Below, one piece after another: positions 43,223-57,638 of a stretch of 64,000 nucleotides of DNA. The stretch spans positions 36,084,001 through 36,148,000 of the forward strand of contig OX597835.1 of the NCBI GenBank assembly GCA_951406725.2. The letters are read 5' to 3'. Every line of letters starts with the position of its first letter. Position 1 is the stretch's first letter. The notes under the pieces were generated by a model. That model searched no databases, was not told the origin of the DNA, and worked only from the letters and a program-made list of their open reading frames with translations. The DNA is from Octopus vulgaris (Eukaryota). The translations under genes were made by a program, and so were the position numbers.

Positions 43223-43339
43223 AAACATTGTTTTAAGGTGAAATCTAATACTAATCATTTTTTGCTTTTTATTTAATTCCAACTTAATCTACTCGAAATA
43301 ATGAAAGGGAATTTAGTATAAATTGATGTATGTGTGTGC

Positions 43340-43390
<51 letters not shown>

Positions 43391-43549
43391 CGTGTCTGTG
43401 TCTGTGTACATATGTATGTATGCATGCATGCATGTGTATATATATATATTACTCTCACTGCAATTACGTATTTATTCACATATACACGCACACATATATA
43501 CACAAACACATACATATGTACGAACTTGCGTACGAGCGCTTGCGTACAT

Positions 43550-43593
<44 letters not shown>

Positions 43594-43879
43594 ATATGTA
43601 TGTGTTTCTGTGCGTGTGTGTCTGTGTATACATACCAATGTACATATGTACGTGCATAACTAAAGAAGCGTTTGGGGAGCATTACGTGATTCTCAAGTGT
43701 GACACGATTTGAACGTATTGTCATTTTTATTTGAAACATTCTCATTGTTGAGGCAGGTGTCACAATAAAAATGGCGTATAGTTTAAAAACCCATCTTCCT
43801 GAAAAACCCAAACAAAATGCTTGTTAGGTTTGTAAGTACTGTGTATACGTCTATATATTTACTCGTTCTCTCAAACTAC

Positions 43880-44038
43880 ATAGACGCAGTCGTGGCTGTG
43901 TGGTAAGACGTTTGCTTCTCAAGCACATGACACCGGGGATATCTGTCTTCTGCTATAGCCTCGGGCCGACCAAAGCCTTGTGAGTGGATTTGGTAGACAG
44001 AGATACACACACACACACACATACACACACACACACAT

Positions 44039-44105
<67 letters not shown>

Positions 44106-44365
44106 AATATGACAGGCTTCTTTCAATTTCCGTTTAACAAATTCACTCACAGTTTTAGTCGGTCTGAAGCTATAATAGATGACACTTGCCTAAGGTTCCA
44201 CGCAGTTGGACTGAATACAGCCCTATGGGTCTTGGATACAGTACAGCCACCTAGATATATGTATATATTTATATACGATGGGCTTCTTTCAATTTCCTTC
44301 TGCAAATTTCACTCACAAGGCTTTGGTTGGACCGAGGTTATACACTTGCCCAAGGTGCTACGCGT
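43880..44365. mobile_element. Cluster of SINE family B head fragments in both orientations
   Basis: gtggctgtgtggtaag (+) and acacttgcc.aagg (-) segments. Confidence 0.7.
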
Positions 44366-44731
44366 GCATCTTATTTACTTATATTGTGAGTTGTTGAATT
44401 GATCAGATCCGTATATTTATATATAACGTACGGTATAATTATATGCAGGGAAAATTTTAGCCATTTCTCCGCAGACTGAAAAAAAAATGTAAAGAACAGC
44501 CTTCACCGATTTTCAAACCTTATTGGGTTCCCGTTACAGGAACCTAGATCATTCTGACGGTCACCGGGAAAACGAATGGGTAAACTGCTTATATACTCAA
44601 CAAATGCAGCAGTTACTCTATGAAGGAATCCCTAATTTGCATACCAAAGCTGTTTAACACTCTATAAACACCAGCAACCTGACAACAAGGATCTTAGTCC
44701 ACACAGTATCAAGGTATGAAATAATATATAT

Positions 44732-45152
44732 AAGGCGGCAAGCTGGTAGAAACGTTAGCACGCCGGGCGGAATGCTTAGCCGTATTTCGTCTGCCGTTAC
44801 GTTCTGAGTTCAAATTCCGCCGAGGTCGACTTTGTCTTTCATCCTTTCGGAGTCGATAAATTAAGTACCAGTTACGCACTGGGGTCGATCTAATCGACTT
44901 AATCGATTTGTCTGTCCTTGATTGTCCTCTCTGTGTTTAGCCCCTTGTGGGTAGTAAAGAAATAGAAATAGGTATTTCGTCTGCCGTTACGTTCTGAGTT
45001 CAAATTCCGCAGAGGTCGGCTTTGTCTTTCATTCTTTTGGGGTCGATAAATTAAGTACCAGTTACGCACTGGGGTTGATCTAATCGACTTAATCCGTTTA
45101 TCTGTCCTTGTTTGTCCCCTCTATGTTTAACCCCGTGTGGGCAATAAAGAAA
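44732..45152 (+). mobile_element. Tandem SINE family A (full copy plus 5'-truncated copy)
   Basis: Second unit begins gtatttcgtctgccg directly after the first tail; ataatatatat on both flanks. Confidence 0.88.
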
Positions 45153-45706
45153 TTGGTATGATATAATATATATGTAAAATAGACATGAGATAGGCATATA
45201 GATAATATTGGAAATGGTAACCTCCGCTATTCCTCGCCATGGATTATCCCCGAACATTCTCATTTGAAACTGCTAATGTATATTACCTATCACTCTATTT
45301 TTCATTTGATCATGAATCTATCAAACGCATTCCTATCGTACTCTAACCCCACCCCCAATCGAAACAAAGTAGAACATGCCAATATTCTCGACTGGGGATA
45401 TTCCCTCGCTTGTACATCTCTCTGACTCCCCTCCCTCTCTGATGAAGGTATACTCAGCCTAAGGAAACCTTATTCAATATTATGATCCATATGCAAGGCT
45501 ATTCTATAGAGTCTCTACAATTTTTAAATTCTTTGTAAGAGTCTCTACATTTTTTAAATTATTTAATTCGTTTCAGCCTTAAGGCTATGGCCAGTCTGGG
45601 GTGCCGCCAGTATATCTATGTATATCTATGTATATTAAATGTCATTTTCAAGTTATGCCAGACGGTTTGCATTTTCGTTTCTACTTTAGATAGCTAGCTA
45701 GCTAGC

Positions 45707-45779
<73 letters not shown>

Positions 45780-45811
45780 ATAGACAGATAGACGGACAGA
45801 CAGATAGATAT

Positions 45812-46417
45812 GTTTCTTTATTAGCCACACAGGGCTGCACACAGATAGAACAAATTACAAGGTAGAGCTTTTCTTTTGAAGGTTTAAAAAAAAAAAGAAA
45901 AGGAAGGGGGAGTTTCGATCAAAAGGGATCGTAAAAGGAGAGAAAGAGGACAAAAAAAGGGGGGTTAAAAAAAGGGGGAGAGGAAAAAAAAAATTGATCA
46001 ATAGGGATCGTTATCATAGAAATGTCAATATGAAGTGTAAAGGGGAGGACAGGTGAGGTTTACCCGTGGAAAGAAAAGCCTATGGAAAAGACCACGGTAA
46101 CCTCGGTCAATGGAGTCACATGTTATATTTCTTTTTTTTTTTTTTTTTGCAAATAAGCAACTCTCTGTTTTCAATTTCTGGGTTCATAGGATCATGCTCA
46201 AGGTGGCTTCGTCATTCATACGTGCCATTCTTGCTACATTCACCCATCTTTTTTTAAAACATTCGCTAGACAAAACTTGCCTCTCTACTCTCACTTTCCT
46301 TTTCAAGTGGTACTTGAAGAAGTTGATGAGAGATTGACCAGAGAGGAAAGTGTTTGTCTCCAATCCTTTCAGACGCGTCCACCACATGCATTCTTTCGCC
46401 ATAGCCACAAGGAGGAT

Positions 46418-46420
<3 letters not shown>
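45812..46420 (-). mobile_element. L1/Tx1-like LINE 3' end (ORF2 C-terminus plus 3' UTR) inside (GATA)n
   Basis: AKECMWWTRLKG..LINFFKYHLKRKVRVER..F..RW resembles Tx1-type ORF2 ends; aataaa near the 3' end. Confidence 0.6.
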
Positions 46421-46503
<83 letters not shown>

Positions 46504-46632
46504 GGGAGAGATAGATACATAGATAGACTGATAGATAGGTAAGTAGGTAGGTAGGTAGGTAGGTAGGTAGGGAGGTAGGTAGGTAGGTAGGTAGGTAGGT
46601 AGGTAGGTAGGTAGGCAGGTAGGTAGGTTAGG

Positions 46633-46718
<86 letters not shown>

Positions 46719-46861
46719 CATAGGCAGACGTGTAGGTTGAATGCATGTGAAGCGATATATATATATATAAGGAGGTAGTTATAAGCAGGCAAGTAGATAA
46801 ATAAAGAAGAAAGATTTGTATAGGAAATATCATGTAAAGGCAGGTAAATAAATGAACGGGC

Positions 46862-46913
<52 letters not shown>

Positions 46914-47747
46914 GAATGATGGAGAGACAGAGAGATAGAGAAAGAAAGATAGACAGACAAACAGACAGACAGAGAGGCTGTGATTTAATAACGTTGAAAC
47001 CTTTGCTCCTGAACAATGACCAGACAGTTACAAATCTGTCCATCTCATCTCCCACAGATCAACGATACAATGGTTTGGTTTTTTCTTTTCCTCTTTTCTT
47101 TTTGTATTTTTCTTGGGTTTTTTTTTGGTTTTTGGTTTTTGGTTTGTTTGTTTTTGTTCTTTCTATTCAAAAGAAAGAATTAATTACAATCGTGCAACCA
47201 TTCACTCACCTGCTGCCCCCAACCTCTTTGTACACGTGACCTACATTGGACCAGGCGACACAACAATACTGACGACAACAACAACAACGACAACAACGAC
47301 AAAACCTAAAACCTGGATGAAGTCGATGATATCGATAGTGTTGTTGATGATGATGATGATGAAGATGATGATGGTGATGATGATGATGATGATGATGAGG
47401 TGGTGGAGATGGAGGAGGAGATGGTGATGTGATGATGACATCATCATTGTGTCAATGATGATGATGGTGGTAGTGGTGGTGGTAGCAGATGCGGCTGTCG
47501 TAGTAGTAGAGGTGGTGGCGGCGGCAGCGGTGGTGGCTGTGATAGTGGTACTGGTGACAGTGGCGGCGGTGGTGATTGTTGTAGTGATGGTGATGCTGCT
47601 GGCATCGACCGTAACATCAATCATTATCATGATAACGACGGCCACAACTATGTTCTCATTGGTGATGGTGGTGGTGGTGGTGGTGGTTGTGGTGGTGGTG
47701 GTTGTGGTGGTGGTGGTGGTGGTGGTGACAACGACGGCCACATCGAT

Positions 47748-48400
47748 GCGGCGAGCTGGCAGAATTATTAGCACGCCGGGCAAAATGCTTAGCGGCATTT
47801 CGTCCGTCCTTAAGTTCTAAGTTCAAATTCCGTCGGGGTTGACTCAAATGCGTACAAGTTGAGCACTGGGATCAGTGTATTAGACTTGCCCCTCCCTCGA
47901 AATTGCTGGCCTTGAGCCAAAAATTGAAATCCTTATTATTATCATTATAAGAATGAGTTGATTAGCACGCCGGACAAAGTGCTTAATCGCATTTCTTTCG
48001 GCTTTAAGTCCTGAGTTCAATTCCTGTCGAGGTTGACTTTGCCTCTCGTACTCCCGGGGTTAATGCAATAAACACCATTGGAACACCGGAAGTCGATATT
48101 ATCGACTTGCCCTTCCCTTCAAATTTTATACACTCACACACACACACACACACACACGTACACACAAACATATATATATATACACCCAAATACATATATA
48201 CGTATCTATGTGTGTGTGTGTGTGTGTGTTTGTCCCCCACCACCGCTTGACAACAGGTGTTGGTTTGTTTACGTCCCCGTTATTTAGTGGTTTGGTAAAA
48301 CAGACCGATAGCATAGGTGTCAGACTTTAGAAAAGTAAAGTATTGGGGTCGATTCAAGGCGGAGCCCCAGCATGGTTGCAGTCCAATGACTGGAGGAAGC
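47748..48400 (+). mobile_element. Cluster of SINE A copies and a SINE B tail
   Basis: gcggcgagctggcagaa (47748), second degenerate A copy (~47955), B tail (48225-48400). Confidence 0.75.
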
Positions 48401-48532
48401 AAAAGATTATATACATTGATAGAAATGGTAAGACAACAAAAGAATGAAAAAGATCTCGATATTATGTAAATAGAGGAATTTATCTGTAAACTTACAGATA
48501 TATATATATATATATATATACATATATATATA

Positions 48533-48630
48533 CTAGGTGAATAGCCCGTCGTTGCCGGGCAATTTTTACAATGGAATGTCGTATTAATTTTTGTTTATTC
48601 CGTGTCAGACTATATCTTCCCCGACAGTTT
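48533..48630 (-). mobile_element. Helitron 3' terminus
   Basis: Minus strand: hairpin GCCCG-GCAACGA-CGGGC, 7 nt, then CTAG|T. Confidence 0.6.
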
Positions 48631-48699
48631 TGTACAATTTTACGCAAAAGAACTTCGTTGATGATTTTTTTTCCTTTTTTAAATTATTCACATGTCTGT

Positions 48700-49200
48700 T
48701 CCTTTGTTTCACATTACTTTATTCATTAAAACTTCTTAAAAATTCGTTTCCCATTCAAACTGCTCCAGCCTTTCGAATGTCATCCTCACTCTATGTGGCT
48801 GAGCATTATCCTGATGGAAGATCCCGTTTCGTCTTGAAACCAAAAATGGTCGTTTTTCTTCTAGTGCTGGTGTCGATGAATGGTTGAATGGCCAAACCCA
48901 AGCTACTCTGCTAGTTCCTCAACTGTTACGATAGGATTTTGTTCCACTGGATTTGCAGGACGTCCTCGTCGAGCTCTACAGGTCTTCCAGGACGAGGCCT
49001 ACCTTCTAGGCTGTAGTTTTCGGCTCAGAATTTCTCGAACCACCGTTGACACTGGATTACGCTTAATGTCCGATCCCATATGCTTCTTTTATATTCCTTG
49101 CACTTTCCGTTGCTTTGTTGCTTTTATTTAAGTCATAAACAAAATATGCTGAATATGCTCCTTTTTAACTTCAATTATAGCTTTGAAAAAATGACTGTTA
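48700..49200 (-). mobile_element. mariner internal-deletion derivative (N-terminal HTH joined to the second-Asp region)
   Basis: ATESARNIKEAYG..QCQRWFEKFRAENYSLE.RPRPGRP..; downstream IFHQDNAQPH. Confidence 0.75.
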
Positions 49201-49304
49201 ACATCGACCTGCACTTTACAAAACTTGTACTAAGCATAAGACAAAGATAAAATTACTACCTGCTTTTATAGCAAGTTGATGCAGGTGGTTTATCCCGAAG
49301 CCTC

Positions 49305-49682
49305 CGAAATTTTGGGGGAGAAGCCAGTCGATTAGATCGACCCCAGTACGCAGCTGGTACTTAATTTACCGACCGTGAAAGGCAAATTCGACCTCGACGG
49401 AATTTGAACTCAGAATGTAAAGACATGAAATTCCCATTTCTTTACTAGCCACAAGGGGCTAAACACAGAGGGGACAAACAAGGACAGACAAACGGATTAA
49501 GTCGATTATATTGACCCCAGTGCGTAACTGGTACTTATCTAATCGACTCAGTTGCCACAACCACCCGCTGCCGGAGCCTCATGGAAATTTAGGTGTTTTC
49601 GCTCAATAAACACACACAACGTCCGGTCTGGGAATCGAAACCGCGAGTCCGCTGCCCTAACCACTGGGCCATTGCGCCTCCA
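49305..49682 (-). mobile_element. SINE A fragments plus OR-like SINE head
   Basis: Matches family consensuses. Confidence 0.75.
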
Positions 49683-49848
49683 TATATAACATTAAACAAT
49701 GTAGTATATTCGCCTGTTATATACTTTTATAGACATAACTGCTTATGTACAATAATGTATAGCAGCACAGAATGAGTATATAAGTGTGTGTGTGTGCATA
49801 TATGTGTGTTTGTGTGTGTGTGTGTGTGTATATATGTGTGTGTGTGTG

Positions 49849-49897
<49 letters not shown>

Positions 49898-50243
49898 TTA
49901 TATAAGATATATGGATGCCGATACGAATGCGTGTCTGCATGCATGTATTCATCAACCTTGAGTGAGTAAACAAACTTTTCTTTAGTGCAAACAAACCTGA
50001 GTATGTCTAGACATCCACACAACCACACACACACACACATCCACATCCACACCCACACTCATACACACACACACACACAATCACACACACTCTCTCATAC
50101 ACACACACATGTATAAATGTACTTGGATACATACACACATTCTTTCATTTACAAGCATACGTGCATACCTACACTTCTACCTACCATCATGTGTGCATGA
50201 AACATTACTAACCTACATATCTGCACGCCAGTTTACCTGTCTG

Positions 50244-50299
<56 letters not shown>

Positions 50300-50314
50300 A
50301 ATAGATAAATAGAT

Positions 50315-50350
<36 letters not shown>

Positions 50351-50369
50351 ATATACATATTTATATATC

Positions 50370-50441
<72 letters not shown>

Positions 50442-51471
50442 TACATACAATCATATGTACACACACACACAACGCACACATACACAAAACCCTGTTGCCG
50501 TAAACCTGAAATCAGACCACAGGTGACGCGATGTACTTACTAAACATGCAATGCCAATTAGCGAAACTAAATTAAAGAGAAAACTGGGGATTATTAATTA
50601 TTTTGCTAAGTAGATATTTAAACGATATTAGGGAGCGCCAGAAGCGTAAAACTTTTTGGGGATGGAAGGCTTACAAGTGGTCTGAAGTAATGATAAGGAT
50701 TTATACAGAAAATAAAATCAAAACTAATGATATGGGAGTGTTTAAGGCTTTTAAAATACAAATTAACTGCTAGATTAATATTTTTAATACGTTTTTTTGG
50801 GGGGGGGGGTTCACAACAATTTATTCGAATTGTCTTGTTGTGTTTTCTCCTTTATGTTGTAGCTGTTGTTGTTGTTTTGTTTTAAAGGCAGATTATGTAT
50901 GAAATAAGAAGGTGGAAAGAAAGAAAAAGAAGAAAAAGAAGTAAAGCGCTTGTAGTTCGTTGTTCATTAATTTAATCCTGATTATAAATATATCTCTTTG
51001 ACGTGTAAATTAAAAAGGGATAAAGAGGAAACAACACACACGCACGCGCAGACACGCACACATATATATGTATATGTATATGTACAAACGCAAGGGTGTT
51101 GATATGCGTGTATGTATATATAAATATGTGTGTGTGTATGCGTGTGTATGTATGGATGCAAGCACATATACACACAAGTAAACAAGATGCGCAAAATACT
51201 TATGATATATAATTCTTTAAAGATAAGGCGAGGCTATTTAATGTCGGTTTCTGAAATTCCTACAGTTGAAATAAGCATAGAAAATTGAATTAAACGAAAC
51301 AAAAGAAAATAACAAAATACTAAAAAAAAAATGCAAAACAAAACAAAAAAAAGCATACAACTATAACAAAACAAAATAATTCATATTAAATAAATAATTA
51401 TTATGACTCATTTTCATATTTACGGATTCCCGTTCGATGACTTTATGGCATGAATTGGCTGAATCGTAACT

Positions 51472-51629
51472 ATAGGCGTAGGAGTGGCTGTGTGGTAAGT
51501 AGCTTGCTTACCAACGGCATGGTTCTGGATTCGGTCTCACTGCATGGCACCTTGAGCAATTGTTTTCTACTATAGCATCGGGCTGACCATAGCCTTGTGA
51601 GGGGATTTGGTAGACGGAAACTGAAAGAA

Positions 51630-51630
<1 letters not shown>
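51472..51630 (+). mobile_element. SINE family B head
   Basis: aggcgtaggagtggctgtgtggtaagtagcttgc..ggcaccttgagcaa. Confidence 0.8.
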
Positions 51631-51677
<47 letters not shown>

Positions 51678-52399
51678 AGCAATAAAGGGTTTAGCAACGA
51701 ATTGCCTTACCACAGACCGAATTTAGAAATAGCAGTCAAAGAGTTATAGCTATTTCTTCTACTAAAAAGGGAGATCTCAGTAAAAAACACAGCAATTGGA
51801 AGGCAGACACAAACAGGTAAGAGAGAATGAATTGACGGCAATCTATCATACAATTTTAAGTTATCTACGGACGCACGTTTCGAAATCAAGTTTTTAGGAA
51901 AGCATGAGAATTAAATATTAGATAATTCTACGTTACCCAAACTTCTTTTCTCTTCAGCGTAGAATACTATAATCATAAGTGATTATATATTGAATTTTGA
52001 GATACTAGAAGGCACCAACTCAACTCAGTATCAGAGCGAGCTAGAATCCGCAACTAGTATCACCAAACTCAACGTGTGAATGAAAGGATTGTGTCACCAG
52101 CCCCTTCTGATATATATATATATATATATCAGACCATATATATATCAGACCATATATATATATACAAAGTATGGGGGTTTAGTTCACAGGTGGTCTGAAC
52201 AATTAGGTACGTTAGGTAAGGGCTCCAAGGTAAGGGCTCCGAGACGGTAGTTATGGAACCATTGCAGATTTCCGATGCAGCGGATATAGAATTGTTTAAC
52301 AGGACAGCAAACATTAAGGCAAGGCAAACATCTCAAGTCTTGGACAATAATATTATAGGAAGTTTTGTTGTAGGAGCGTCCCTCAACCATTCCATCGAA

Positions 52400-52747
52400 A
52401 CCAGTGTTCATCTGGTACTTATTTCATCGACCCCCAATATTGATGAATTGCAAAGCTGACCTCTGCGGATTTTGAACTCAGAACGTAAACACAGACGAAA
52501 TATTGAATAATAATAATAATAATAATCTTGTTTTTTTCCTACTCTAGTCACTAGACCTGAAATTTTGGAGGACGGGGTCAGTCGATTAGATCGACCCCAG
52601 TGCATAACTGGTACTTATTTAATCGACCTTGAAAGGATGAAAGGCAAAGTCGACCTCGGCGGAACTTGAACTCAGAACGTAGCGGCAGACGAAATACCGC
52701 TAAGCATTTCGCCCGGCGTGCTAATGATTCTGCCAGCTCACTGCCTT
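52400..52747 (-). mobile_element. Two SINE family A copies
   Basis: Matches family consensus. Confidence 0.85.
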
Positions 52748-52831
<84 letters not shown>

Positions 52832-52959
52832 GTTTGAAATTCTGTGTGCCAGCAGTTTTTGAGGGGAGGGATAAAATGCTTACAAAATCCAAGGTAGAGG
52901 ACGTTGTCAAAAATCCTTTTAGTAACCAATTTATGCCATGTCCCCACAGAGAAATTAAT

Positions 52960-53800
52960 TCTCCTGTTTTCGATCGTGGTTTTAGTTGATCAATAGTTGA
53001 TCTTTAGAAATATATAAGTCTTTGGCAGTATCTAGGAGTGAATCTTTATGTAAGTGGTAATAACTTTATCGTCTGCGATAATGCAGTCAAGACTTTTAAT
53101 GCCGAAAACAGGCAGACAAACAGGCCGGTAATTGTTCCACTATTTTGGAGGGTTACTGTTTCTCAGGAATTATAATACTTTCATTTTGCCCATTCGATAA
53201 GGCATTCAGGTATTTTTCTAACATTTGCAATAAAAAAAAATCTTGCCAGAAGTTTGTTTGTGCCTGGTTAATATTTCAACGAGAAGTTTGGAACTTTAAT
53301 ACTTTTTGGCGCTCTCCGTTATTTGTTTCTTCATTCTTTTATTACTATTTTCATTTTCTTTTTCTTTAGAATCTGAGGTAATTCTTGTGGCCTTATTGTC
53401 TATTACCATTGTTGTTCAGGCTCTGAAATCATTGTTTTCATCATTCTTATCCATTTACAATGCATTACATATATTAAGAAAACTGCAAGAAAATTTCCAT
53501 AACTTAATGCATTTTTCACCCAGGTATTCTTCGAAATTTTCTTCACTTAGTTTTCACAGATGTTAATGGATATTCTTCGGTGCCGTAGAATATTTTTTAT
53601 CATTCCCAAGGCACCTAATATTTAAAAAATTATTTATGCTTTCAATCCTCAGCAATTTTTTGTTTCTGCTTTCAAATATTTATTTTGGGATTTTTCCCAC
53701 TAGTATGTTTTAGATAAGTATTCTTATTTATTGGATTGATATATCGATTAGCTAATATTTCATTTCGTGTTAGGCTTTGACAATAATATTTGAACGATTT
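52960..53800 (-). pseudogene. Highly degenerate non-LTR retrotransposon RT N-terminal region
   Basis: Minus strand ..PGEKCI.., NNYRPVCL..K, RSTIDQL resemble LINE RT domains 0-2. Confidence 0.45.
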
Positions 53801-53859
53801 ACTACAAACTACCTTTTTCCAATGAATGGTTATGTCCTCTGAATACATACATACATTTT

Positions 53860-54172
53860 ATATTTTTTATGCGCCCTTTTCAAACCTAGCTAGACTCATG
53901 GGCCCGGTTTCCCAGTTTCTGTGGCGTATGTGTTCCCCCCAGCTGGACAGGACGCCAGTCCATCGCAGTGTTACTCAAGAAACAGGAAGAGAGAGTGAGA
54001 GAAAGTTGTGGCGAAAGTGTACAACAGGGGACGCCACCACCCCCTGCTGGAGCATCGTGGAGCTTTAAGTGTTTTCGCTCAATAAACATACACAACGCCC
54101 GGTCTGGGAATCGAAACCGCGATCCTCCGACCGCGTGTCCGCTGCCCTAACCACTGGGCCATTGCGCCTCCA
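53860..54172 (-). mobile_element. tRNA-Arg-like headed SINE (OR-like), near full length
   Basis: Reverse strand gtggaggcgcaatggcccagtggttagg..ggtttcgattccc; tail shared with 55447-55600. Confidence 0.85.
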
Positions 54173-54194
54173 CACACACATACATACATATATA

Positions 54195-54485
54195 AAATTT
54201 GGGTTCTGTGCCGTTCCCTGATTGCCTCCATATAGGTTTAAGAGCAATTCTTTGAATGCTTTCATCAGTTAAGGGTCGTCCCTCTGTCCGGGGTCCGACT
54301 TGCGAAAACTCTCCAACGCCTGCTGTGTTTTGCTACGTGCACAAAATCAGCCGAATTCCCGTTTCCAGTTCCTCCTTCGATGTTGTCAGTCCACATATGT
54401 ATATGGCAGCCTCTTGCTCTCTGCCCCTCCACACTTCTGTTAGGATGGTCTTGGCCAATGACTTGTGGCCCACCGTATGCCCAAA
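54195..54485 (-). mobile_element. RTE-type LINE 3' fragment
   Basis: GHTVGHKSLAKTIL..WTDNI..TG..RRWR resembles an RTE ORF C-terminus. Confidence 0.6.
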
Positions 54486-55015
54486 ATATAAACGAACGAT
54501 TTATTGCCTTTTATGTCTGTTGTCTAGAAGCAATTCAACTCTACATTGTCTTGTAATTCGTTTTAATTTGTCTATGTTATTGATAACAACTAGAAAAAAG
54601 TGTTTCTTTTCCATTAACCGAAGTGAATGGAGCTTTGACCAGGGGAAACTGATATCATCGGACAGAGTTTCAACGATCGTCGTATATGTTTCGACCCTGA
54701 ACCGTAACCTCCTCCAGCTTGTGGATCAACAGAGGTGGCCATATCACTGATCATCATTTCCTCCTGCCTTCCAGCTTAATTTCCCCCCTCTCTCTCTCGA
54801 TCCATAACCAGCATGAGGGTCTTTCTACTGCCTCTCCCAACCTGCACACAACCACCCTTCACACTTTTTCTCTCAGGTTAATGACTGTTAGCGTCTGCCA
54901 AACCGACTATACCGGAAATCTCCTAAACTATCGTCCCTCCATCCATCATCAGCGAGTAAATAAAATTAATCTTTATTGTTATTTTATTATTTCATCTTAT
55001 TATAAACTAAGTACC

Positions 55016-55246
55016 TATTTCTTTACTACCCACAAGGGGCTAAACACAGAGAGGACAAACAAGGACAGACAAACGGATTAAGTCGATTACATCGACCCCA
55101 GTGCGTAACTGGTACTTAATTTATCGACCCCGAAAGGATGAAAAGCAAAGTCGACCTCGGCAGAATTTGAACTCAGAACGTAACGGCAGACGAAATACGG
55201 CTACGCATTTCGCCCAGCCTGCTAACGTTTCTGCCAGCTCGCCGCC
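55016..55246 (-). mobile_element. SINE family A, full length, with 16-bp TSD
   Basis: TSD ttataaactaagtacc at 55000-55015 and 55247-55262. Confidence 0.9.
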
Positions 55247-56405
55247 TTATAAACTAAGTACCAGTTGCGTACTGAGATCGATCTAATCGACTGGCGCCCT
55301 CACCCCAAATTTCGGGTCTTGTGCCAAGATTAGAAAAGAATATCTTGCTAAAAAATGTCTTTCAAGGTGGCAAGCTGGCAGAAACGTTAGCACGCCGGGC
55401 GAAATGCTTAGCGGTATTTCATGTCTTTACGTTCTGAGTTCAAATTCGTCCCAACTTTCTCTCACTCTTTCTTCCTGTTTGTTGGGTAACGCTGCGATGG
55501 ACTGACGTCCCGTCCAGCTGGGTGAGGGGACACATACGCCACAGAAACCGGGAAACCTGGCCCGTGAGCCTGGCTAGGCTTGAAAAGGGCGCATAAAGAA
55601 TGTTATATATGCAAGTGAGGCTATGTGATAGAATGTTTGTTTCCGAACAACATGCTTCTAGGTTCAGTCCCACTTGGTGGCATCTAGGACAAATGTTAAG
55701 TTCTGATCTTGTGGATCTTAAAATGTCTTTTGAGGCCTCCGTTAGAATTGCAGACCTTACAGCATACACGGCATTGAAAGGTGTGAAAAGATATATAGGT
55801 AGAATAGTTGGTCGAGGTTCGTTTCTCACGGGTCCTCAAATGAGATTTGAGCCCAGCAAAAGAAAGGCATGGTCTGTCACAAACTGTGCACGAAAAACGG
55901 TCATTGAGATTCATCTTCTCGATCGCAACATTCTTTTTAAGTCTTTCTTGAGTATTCAAACGCTTTCACTCCACTCCCCGCTTTTGTTCGCCCTCCAGCT
56001 CGACCCGAAGCAAGGGTTTCTATGGCCTTTGGATCCATTCCAAGTGATTTCATGGTAGTCCTTACACAGTGCTTAAACCTCTTTTTAGGTTTACGCCGAT
56101 TGCGTTTCCCCTCTGCAAGCTTGCCATAAAACAGCTTTTTGAATGTGCGTTCATCTGCCATTCGAACAACGTGGGCAGACCACCTAATTTGATATTTCAG
56201 AATCATTGATTTAATTGAAATGATGCCTGCAGATTCAAAGACATCTGTGTCTGGAGTAAAAAAAAAACCATTTAATGTTTAAAATACGGCGAAAGCATTT
56301 TTAGTGGAATCGTTCTAGAAATTTTAAATGTAGTTCTATATTTAAAAGATGAGGAATTATGTACATTATTTACATTATTTGTATTTGACGGATATTTGTC
56401 CTGTT

Positions 56406-56451
56406 AACACAACGTTTCGACTGATATACCCTCCAGCCTTCATCACGTGCC
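56406..56451 (-). ncRNA. Hammerhead motif in the inverted tail copy
   Basis: GGCAC-GTGATGA-A-GGCTG..CAGTC-GAAAC-GTT-GTGTT. Confidence 0.7.
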
Positions 56452-56520
56452 TTCGCGTAGTAATTAAGAGCGCGGGCTACTAACCCCTAAGATTCCGAGT
56501 TCGATTCCAGGCAGTGACCC

Positions 56521-56929
<409 letters not shown>

Positions 56930-57500
56930 TGCCCTGATGCAGTACCAGGCAGTGGCTCTCGTGGCTTCTGATCTTAACTGATTGGAAGTGTTATCATGTA
57001 CATTGTTTTGTCTTGGTATAAAAGATGGGCTACAGCAAATATTCTGCTCGATACCACAGATTTGCTTGTCAGTTGTTTGACCATAGCCAGTTGAGCATGT
57101 CCCTTAGTGGCTGACGATATGTGCATCTCTGATCACGAGCAGAAGTAGTGGGGGAGCATCATAGCCATGTGTCGAGATGGATTATTTGGGGTTTGAATAT
57201 TTCACCTCTGGAGACATGGGTGGTTTTTTCAACATCTTTAAACAACCCTTATTCAGGGATCTTTTGAGCGGGATGGGCTACTCAACCTGAAGAAAATTCT
57301 AACTAGGCCCCACCTGCAAGTTCATGTGCTGTTTATCTTGATATGAGATCACCATGTCGCGCACATATGGTTGTGATGCATGTGTCTGGTGTACCCTTAT
57401 CAGACGGGTAGTCATGATGGATAGGTATATTGGGTTTCGTATATTTTACCCCAGCGTCACTTTGATGGCATGAACTGCTCTCTCACTCAATAATAATAAC

Positions 57501-57556
<56 letters not shown>

Positions 57557-57638
57557 TGATAATAATAACAACAACAACAACAACAGCAACATCGAAAAAT
57601 ACCTTAGAAATGAGAACACAGGTTCGAAATGTCCCCAA

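Noticed and set aside
45436-45472. CTGATGA..GAAAC hammerhead candidate
   Set aside because: Three extra bases before GAAA and no convincing stem I or III.
55696-55959. Host C2H2 zinc-finger gene
   Set aside because: It is the C-terminus of the RTE LINE ORF, colinear with its RT.
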